Below, one piece after another: positions 33,196 to 40,000 of a stretch of DNA of 40,000 nucleotides. Every line of letters starts with the position of its first letter. Position 1 is the stretch's first letter. The stretch is taken from NCBI GenBank assembly GCA_017469465.1, contig JAFUGH010000014.1, positions 67,773 through 107,772 of the forward strand, written 5' to 3'. The stretch is from Clostridia bacterium. GTDB lineage: Bacteria > Bacillota > Clostridia > TANB77 > UBA1234. A program made the position numbers and the translations under genes. The notes below the pieces were generated by a model that searched no databases, was not told where the DNA came from, and saw nothing but the letters and a program-made list of their open reading frames with translations.

Positions 33196-33411
33196 GATTA
33201 TTAAAAATATTTCATGATAAAGAGCATGTTATCTATTCATAGAGCATGCTTTTTTTGTACAATAGGAAAAATAAATACATCAAACAGTAAAGCGAAAATT
33301 CACTTTTTTTACAATGAATAAGTTAAAATTAGTTAGTAAGTTGAAAGTTTTTAGAATTATATGATATAATTGGCACGATAATAATTAATAGAGGGATAAA
33401 GGAGTGAAAAA

Positions 33412-34428
33412 ATGATTTATCCGAAGTTTTTGAAAGAGGGAGATACGATTGGTATTGTTGCATTAAGTAGTGGAATAAACATGGAAGATACAAGCTTTGA
33501 TGTATCATTAGAACATTTGAAAGAAGAAGGCTATAACATTGAAGAAATGCCAAGCACAAGAACTGGTGAAACACCATCGGCAAGTGCACATACACGTGCA
33601 TTAGAATTTAATAAACTAATGTCACGAGAAGATATAGATTTTATTTATACAGCTGCAGGAGGAGATTTTTTAATAGAAGTTTTACCATATATAGATGATA
33701 AAATTTTGCAAGAGAAAATAATAAATGGTCAATTGAAATGGTTTGTTGGCTATTCTGACCCAACTACTTTATTATACTACTTAACCACAAAATATGATAT
33801 TGCAACGATTTATGGAACAAATGCAGGAAGTTTTGCACAAAGACATATGCATATTAGTCTAAAAAACGCATTAAGTATTATAAAAGGAAATATTCCATTA
33901 CAAGAAAGCTTTGGCGTTTGCCAAAGAGCTTCCTACGAAGAAATAGAGAAAAGTGGAACTAATGACTATATTCTTAACTCTTATGAAGAATGGAAAACGC
34001 CAAATGGAAATGTAGACATAGAGGGAAGGTTAATTGGAGGTTGCATTGATTGTCTTGGCGTTTTGCTAGGAACGAAATTTGACTATACACATATGTTTAT
34101 TGAAAAATATAAAGAAGATGGAATTGTTTGGTATTTTGACAATTTTGCTTTAAAGTCGGAAGAGTTATATTATACATTATGGAAAATGAGAGAAGCAAAT
34201 TGCTTCAAATATGCGAAAGGCTTTGTTTTTGGAAGAACAAAATATGAAGGGACAAGTGTTAATTTGTCATATGAAGATGCAGTGAGAAGGGCTTTAGGAA
34301 ATGAACTTCCGATCATTATGGAAGCAGATATCGGTCATGTAAAACCAACATTCAGTTTAATTAATGGCTCTATTGCTCATTTTGTATCTTCTAATGGAAA
34401 AGGAACACTAGAAATGAAATTAAGATGA
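33412..34428 (+). CDS. S66 family LD-carboxypeptidase (MccF-like)
   Basis: GDTIGIVALSSG, VGYSDPTTLL and EADIGHVKP. Confidence 0.85.
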   Translation: MIYPKFLKEGDTIGIVALSSGINMEDTSFDVSLEHLKEEGYNIEEMPSTRTGETPSASAHTRALEFNKLMSREDIDFIYTAAGGDFLIEVLPYIDDKILQEKIINGQLKWFVGYSDPTTLLYYLTTKYDIATIYGTNAGSFAQRHMHISLKNALSIIKGNIPLQESFGVCQRASYEEIEKSGTNDYILNSYEEWKTPNGNVDIEGRLIGGCIDCLGVLLGTKFDYTHMFIEKYKEDGIVWYFDNFALKSEELYYTLWKMREANCFKYAKGFVFGRTKYEGTSVNLSYEDAVRRALGNELPIIMEADIGHVKPTFSLINGSIAHFVSSNGKGTLEMKLR

Positions 34429-34461
34429 GTGTTTTAAATTAAATAAAGAAGGAGAATGAGG

Positions 34462-35022
34462 ATGGCAAGTTTACCAATTATTGTGAAATATATTATCGTT
34501 TTTGTAGTGAGTATGTTACCTATTATTGAATTAAGAGGAGCAATTCCAATTGCAGAAGGATTAGGACTTAATATTTTTTGGTACTATCCAATAGCAATTA
34601 TAGGAAATATGCTACCAGTCCCATTTATTTATTTATTTGCAAGAAAAATATTAGAATGGGGAAAAGATAAGATAATCATAGGAAAATTTTTTACATGGTG
34701 TTTGCAAAAAGGTGAAAGTGGAGGAGAAAAATTAAAAAAGTCAGCAGGTAAAAGTGGTATATTTTTAGCATTACTTTTTTTTGTTGGAATTCCACTTCCA
34801 GGAACTGGTGCTTGGACAGGAACGCTTGCTGCAAGCTTCTTAAAACTCGATTTTAAAACTAGCGTAACAGCGACGATGCTTGGAGTAATACTTGCAGGTA
34901 TTATTATGTCATTTGGAAGTAAAATTGTAGCCACTCTAGGATGGATTGGAATACTAATATTAGTTGCAATAGTAATTACAATGGTTGCTGCGTTTATGAT
35001 AGTTAGAAAAAAAGAAAAATAA
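34462..35022 (+). CDS. small multidrug export-like membrane protein (COG2426 type)
   Basis: MLPIIELRGAIPIAEGLGL. Start at ATG 34462, 7 nt after AAGGAGA. Confidence 0.7.
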   Translation: MASLPIIVKYIIVFVVSMLPIIELRGAIPIAEGLGLNIFWYYPIAIIGNMLPVPFIYLFARKILEWGKDKIIIGKFFTWCLQKGESGGEKLKKSAGKSGIFLALLFFVGIPLPGTGAWTGTLAASFLKLDFKTSVTATMLGVILAGIIMSFGSKIVATLGWIGILILVAIVITMVAAFMIVRKKEK

Positions 35023-35108
35023 GTAAATATTTAAAAAGTGAATAATGTTTGGAATCAGTGCAATAATAAAAATGTAATTTAAATGGTCACAAAAAATTCA
35101 CAATAAAA

Positions 35109-35135
35109 TTAGCACTCTCGTATTGACAGTGCTAA
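35109..35135. promoter_or_regulatory. CIRCE (HrcA) operator overlapping the hsp20 promoter
   Basis: TTAGCACTC-N9-CAGTGCTAA versus the consensus TTAGCACTC-N9-GAGTGCTAA (1 mismatch). The TTGACA -35 (35123-28) is embedded in it. Confidence 0.75.
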
Positions 35136-35238
35136 AAAAAGTGATATAACTATAGTTGTAATGAGAATTACATATGTGCATACCCTATGAAAAGAGTATC
35201 AACACATAAAAAATTATTTTTTAAAAGGAGTGGTTTTT

Positions 35239-35661
35239 ATGATGATGATACCAAGAAGAAGGAATGAGTTTGATTTATTTAATGATTTCTTTGGAGGAGA
35301 TGATTTCTTTACTAGAAGAGAAAGTGCAATAATGAAGACAGACATTAAAGAAAAGAAAGACAACTATGTGATAGAAATGGATTTGCCTGGTTATGAAAAA
35401 GAAAACATTAGTCTTGAATTAAAAGAAGGTTATTTAAATGTATCAGCAAAAGTTGAAAAAGAAGAAAATGGAGATGAAAACGAAAAGTTTGTTCACAAAG
35501 AAAGATTTTATGGTCATTGTTCAAGAAGTTTTTACGTAGGAGAACAAATAACAGAAGAGGATATAAAGGCAGAGTTTAAAAATGGAATATTAAAAGTGAC
35601 AATTCCGAAAAAAGAAGAAAAGAAAGAATTACCTGAAGCAAAACATATTGAAATAGAATAG
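35239..35661 (+). CDS. Hsp20/alpha-crystallin small heat-shock protein
   Basis: TDIKEKKDNYVIEMDLPGYEKENI ... ERFYGHCSRSF.....I..E.I.AEFKNGILKVTIPK. Confidence 0.9.
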   Translation: MMMIPRRRNEFDLFNDFFGGDDFFTRRESAIMKTDIKEKKDNYVIEMDLPGYEKENISLELKEGYLNVSAKVEKEENGDENEKFVHKERFYGHCSRSFYVGEQITEEDIKAEFKNGILKVTIPKKEEKKELPEAKHIEIE

Positions 35662-35694
35662 TTAGTGAATGCACGGTAAGGTATAGTTAACAGA

Positions 35695-35730
35695 CAAAGC
35701 AAGAAATGAATGAATTTCTTGCTTTGCTTT
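35695..35730 (+). terminator. intrinsic terminator
   Basis: CAAAGCAAGAAAT / ATTTCTTGCTTTG stem followed by CTTT. Confidence 0.8.
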
Positions 35731-35739
35731 ACATAAAGG

Positions 35740-35767
35740 TTGACATTCATATAGGAAATGATATAAT
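35740..35767 (+). promoter_or_regulatory. near-consensus promoter TTGACA-16-TATAAT (TG-extended), ~170 nt upstream of the next CDS
   Basis: Read directly. Confidence 0.6.
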
Positions 35768-35941
35768 GATTACTTGAAAAGTAAGATTTATGTATTATTG
35801 TTTCCTAGAAATAATGCAGTGTTTAAAGATAGTATTATTATGTAACGAGATTTCAGCTTGAACTTAATTGCGAATGAAAAAAAGTTTAAACGTGAGTATA
35901 GTAAAAATGAGTAGTGCAACTATAGTAGAAAGGAGCATAAT

Positions 35942-36286
35942 ATGAATATGATTACTTTACTAGAATTGTTTGAATGCATTGAAACACATTTGCATGATAA
36001 ACTTTTTTATCGGCTTGAGATCACTGAAAATGATGAAAACAGCTGCAAGATATTGTTTCTAGAAGAGGATGTTCCTAGTAAAATAATTCGAACAACCAGC
36101 AATATGTATGATGAAGTCTATAATTCAATTTGTGATAGATTTGGAGAAAGTGTGTGGACAATAAAAGTACATTCTGTATGTTATGGTGATTTTATCTATG
36201 TGATAATAGGAGAAAAGGTTTGTATTACGTTCAGATATGTCTTTAAATCTGGAAGAGAATGGTTATATAGATTTTGTAATAATTAA
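35942..36286 (+). CDS. 114-aa hypothetical protein
   Basis: SD AAAGGAG 8 nt upstream. Terminator downstream. No family recognised. Confidence 0.6.
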   Translation: MNMITLLELFECIETHLHDKLFYRLEITENDENSCKILFLEEDVPSKIIRTTSNMYDEVYNSICDRFGESVWTIKVHSVCYGDFIYVIIGEKVCITFRYVFKSGREWLYRFCNN

Positions 36287-36293
36287 ATAAAAA

Positions 36294-36333
36294 AGAGATA
36301 AGAAGCTTTTAATTAAGTTTCTTATCTCTTTTT
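36294..36333 (+). terminator. intrinsic terminator
   Basis: AGAGATAAGAAGCTT / AAGTTTCTTATCTCT stem plus TTTT. Confidence 0.85.
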
Positions 36334-36443
36334 AGTATTGAATGGAATATACGTATAAATGGTTGATTTTTGGATTTGACAATATGCATACTTAAATATA
36401 ATATTTAAGAAAAATAAGTTTTTTATTGGGGTAGGGGTGAATT

Positions 36444-37166
36444 ATGAGTAATCAAGAAAAAATAGAATCGTTCAGAAAAATAATTAATGAAAGTGATAAC
36501 ATTGTATTTTTTGGCGGAGCTGGAGTTTCGACGGAAAGTGGTATTCCAGATTTTAGAAGCAAAGATGGATTATATAATCAAACCTATGCATATCCTCCTG
36601 AAGAAATATTGAGTCATTCATTTTTTAAGAAGCATCCAAAAGAGTTTTTTCGATTTTATAGAGATAAACTAAATGCTTTGAGTTATGAACCAAATATCAC
36701 TCATTTGAAATTAACTGAATTAGAAAAACATGGAAAATTAAAGGCAATAGTAACTCAAAATATTGATGGACTACATCAAAAAGCAGGTTCTAAACATGTA
36801 TATGAACTTCATGGTAGTATTTATAGAAATTATTGCATGAAGTGCCATAAGTTTTATGATGCAGAATTTGTTTTCAATAAAAGTTCGTTGCCTAACTGTG
36901 AATGTGGTGGATTAGTAAAACCAGATGTAGTTTTGTATGAAGAGGGATTAGATCAAGAAGTTGTAAGTAAAGCTATTAACGCAATTTCAATGGCAGATAC
37001 ATTAATTATTGCTGGCACTTCATTAACTGTATATCCTGCAAGCGGACTCGTGAATTATTTTAAAGGAAAGAATTTAATATTAATAAATAGGGATTCAATA
37101 TCATTTAATTATAAAATAGATTTAGTGATTAATGATTCACTTGGAAATGTTTTTAAGAGCATTTAA
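36444..37166 (+). CDS. cobB: NAD-dependent protein deacylase, Sir2 family
   Basis: GAGVSTESGIPDFRS, TQNIDGLH, HG and the zinc ribbon C..C...CECGG. Confidence 0.9.
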   Translation: MSNQEKIESFRKIINESDNIVFFGGAGVSTESGIPDFRSKDGLYNQTYAYPPEEILSHSFFKKHPKEFFRFYRDKLNALSYEPNITHLKLTELEKHGKLKAIVTQNIDGLHQKAGSKHVYELHGSIYRNYCMKCHKFYDAEFVFNKSSLPNCECGGLVKPDVVLYEEGLDQEVVSKAINAISMADTLIIAGTSLTVYPASGLVNYFKGKNLILINRDSISFNYKIDLVINDSLGNVFKSI

Positions 37167-37214
37167 TTGATTTAATAAGTAAAAACTTATTCCTGAATGG
37201 AAAATATATTTGGT

Positions 37215-37781
37215 TTATAGATTTAGTATTCCGAGATGCTCTAGTAATATTTTTATGCCAATTAAAATCAAAATAAGACCACCAATTAATTCGGCTTTAG
37301 TATGAAATTTATTGCCAAATCGATTCCCAATTAACACCCCAATTAGTGATAGTATAAAAGTTATTATTCCTATTATAAAAACAGCAAAGATAATATTAGT
37401 TTTGAAAAAAGCAAAAGTAATGCCTACCACCAAAGCATCTAGACTTGTTGCAATAGCTAATAATATCATATTCTTTGCATTAATATTAATATTTTCTATA
37501 CTTTTTGGCTTGTTAAAAGATTCTTTTATCATATTTTTGCCAATAACAGTTAGCAGGATAAATGAAATCCAATGAGTAATTGTATTTACTAGCCCTTGAA
37601 AAGCTATTCCTAAAAAATATCCTATTAATGGCATTAAAGCTTGGAAAACACCAAAATATGTAGCTATAATAATTGCATTCTTCCAATTAAATTTTTTCAT
37701 GGATAAGCCTTTGCAAATCGATACAGCAAAAGCATCCATTGATAGACCAATTCCGATCAGAATAATTTCAAATATCTCCAC
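37215..37781 (-). CDS. mntP: manganese efflux pump MntP
   Basis: GLSMDAFAVS and TSLDALVVG duplicated motifs. GTG start. Confidence 0.85.
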   Translation of the reverse strand: MEIFEIILIGIGLSMDAFAVSICKGLSMKKFNWKNAIIIATYFGVFQALMPLIGYFLGIAFQGLVNTITHWISFILLTVIGKNMIKESFNKPKSIENININAKNMILLAIATSLDALVVGITFAFFKTNIIFAVFIIGIITFILSLIGVLIGNRFGNKFHTKAELIGGLILILIGIKILLEHLGILNL

Positions 37782-37926
37782 TAATTATAGGAACCTTTCT
37801 AAAAAATTTCTAATACTATAATATAATTTGAATCATTTATCTATGCACATTTTTTATAAGAAGTTATTAGATATAACTTAAATATAAAGTAAGTATTAAA
37901 AATTCATGATTTTTTTGAAAAATTTC

Positions 37927-37955
37927 TTGACATATAGAATTAGTGTTGTTATAAT
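37927..37955 (+). promoter_or_regulatory. consensus promoter TTGACA-17-TATAAT for the tRNA
   Basis: Read directly, ~20 nt upstream of the tRNA 5' end. Confidence 0.7.
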
Positions 37956-37975
37956 AACAATTGTCCAATATGAAT

Positions 37976-38049
<74 letters not shown>

Positions 38050-38055
38050 TAATGC

Positions 38056-38130
38056 GTTTTCGTCGAACTAATTGTAATGCTACTGTATGTAGCGGAGCAC
38101 TGTGTGCTCCATAAAGAATAGAACGAAAAC
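38056..38130 (+). other. structured tRNA trailer: 8-bp closing helix around two hairpins
   Basis: GTTTTCGT (38056-63) pairs with ACGAAAAC (38123-30). Inner hairpins are GCTAC-TGTAT-GTAGC and GGAGCAC-TGT-GTGCTCC. Confidence 0.3.
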
Positions 38131-38157
38131 AAAAGTGAATATCATATCACTTTATAT

Positions 38158-38184
38158 AAGTCGATTTAGTCGGCTTATTTTTTT
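38158..38184 (+). terminator. intrinsic terminator of the tRNA transcription unit
   Basis: AAGTCGA-TTTAG-TCGGCTT (one G-U pair) followed by ATTTTTTT. Confidence 0.6.
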
Positions 38185-38258
38185 GCTTTAATTTATAAAA
38201 ATTGGAAATAAAAGTAAGAAATGGCCTCAAAATATTGAAAAAAGGAGGTTTTTGTGAT

Positions 38259-38531
38259 ATGATATCTACAGTTAAAAGAGAAATAACAATAAGTAAAGAA
38301 TTACATTCTAAAATTGAATGGGCTTGCACTTTTAGTAATTGTAAACCAAAGATAAAGAATGGTAATTTGAGAATGGTAGAAAAAACTAATATTGCTTATG
38401 TAGAACCACATACTGCTGTTATTAAAGGTAAGTTATATTTATTCTTTAATGAACACGAATACTTTTACATAGGTAATTTGGCAAATAAATATCCACTCTC
38501 CAAATTAAGAGATTTTATCAATGGTAACTAA
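38259..38531 (+). CDS. 90-aa hypothetical protein (mobile-element cargo?)
   Basis: Start moved to ATG 38259 behind AGGAGG. No family recognised. Confidence 0.5.
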   Translation: MISTVKREITISKELHSKIEWACTFSNCKPKIKNGNLRMVEKTNIAYVEPHTAVIKGKLYLFFNEHEYFYIGNLANKYPLSKLRDFINGN

Positions 38532-38626
38532 TACTAGAAGTTTTCTTTATTTTTAGCAAGTATATTTAAGTAAGTTAAAGTGTTAGTTATCAGACTAGCA
38601 CATTGTTTGTTTTTAGGAGGTTTTAA

Positions 38627-40000
<1,374 letters not shown>

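Noticed and set aside
36444-37166. Sir2 protein as a defence-associated NADase effector
   Set aside because: Its size (240 aa), canonical sirtuin motifs and zinc ribbon, together with its own promoter and terminator and the absence of partner genes, fit the housekeeping CobB deacylase.
37782-37926. yybP-ykoY manganese riboswitch upstream of mntP
   Set aside because: It would be expected from gene context, but the minus-strand leader is extremely AT-rich and lacks the conserved GGAGAGUAG / CUUGACA-type cores. No convincing structure was seen.

Overview
AT-rich (by eye about 25-30% GC) Firmicutes/Clostridia-type chromosomal window with about 45 genes. Most lie on the + strand in short operons separated by clear hairpin terminators. 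All domain and family calls are by-eye motif recognition, not HMM or BLAST results. (i) The left edge holds a translationally coupled cluster of ASCH/PUA-like genes. It includes a 492-aa PIN-GNAT-PUA-like fusion and an XRE regulator, and is followed by a metallophosphoesterase and a Vat-type streptogramin acetyltransferase. (ii) A ~2 kb insert carries a 30-aa hydrophobic peptide ORF, a strikingly GC-rich 77-aa ORF and a Fic protein with a non-canonical motif. It is bracketed by two copies of a terminator plus ~155-bp repeat module containing a copy-number-variable 9-bp tandem array; a third copy lies at 18.8 kb. (iii) Two paralogous SLH-anchored surface proteins share promoters and a conserved leader hairpin. 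(iv) A REPtron is present: an IS200-like RAYT tyrosine transposase flanked by inverted doublets of a ~27-bp palindromic repeat. That repeat is scattered at least 14 more times between 8.9 and 24 kb and often supplies the stop codon of the upstream gene. (v) Ordinary genes include PiT/DUF47, TtcA, Hsp20 with a CIRCE operator, Sir2/CobB, MntP, LD-carboxypeptidase, CYTH, Nudix, several GNATs, methyltransferases and lipoproteins. (vi) A patch of decayed genes lies at 17.0-18.7 kb. (vii) tRNA-Gly(UCC) is followed by the start of a probable integrated element whose frameshifted large serine recombinase runs off the right edge. No rRNA genes or CRISPR arrays were seen.
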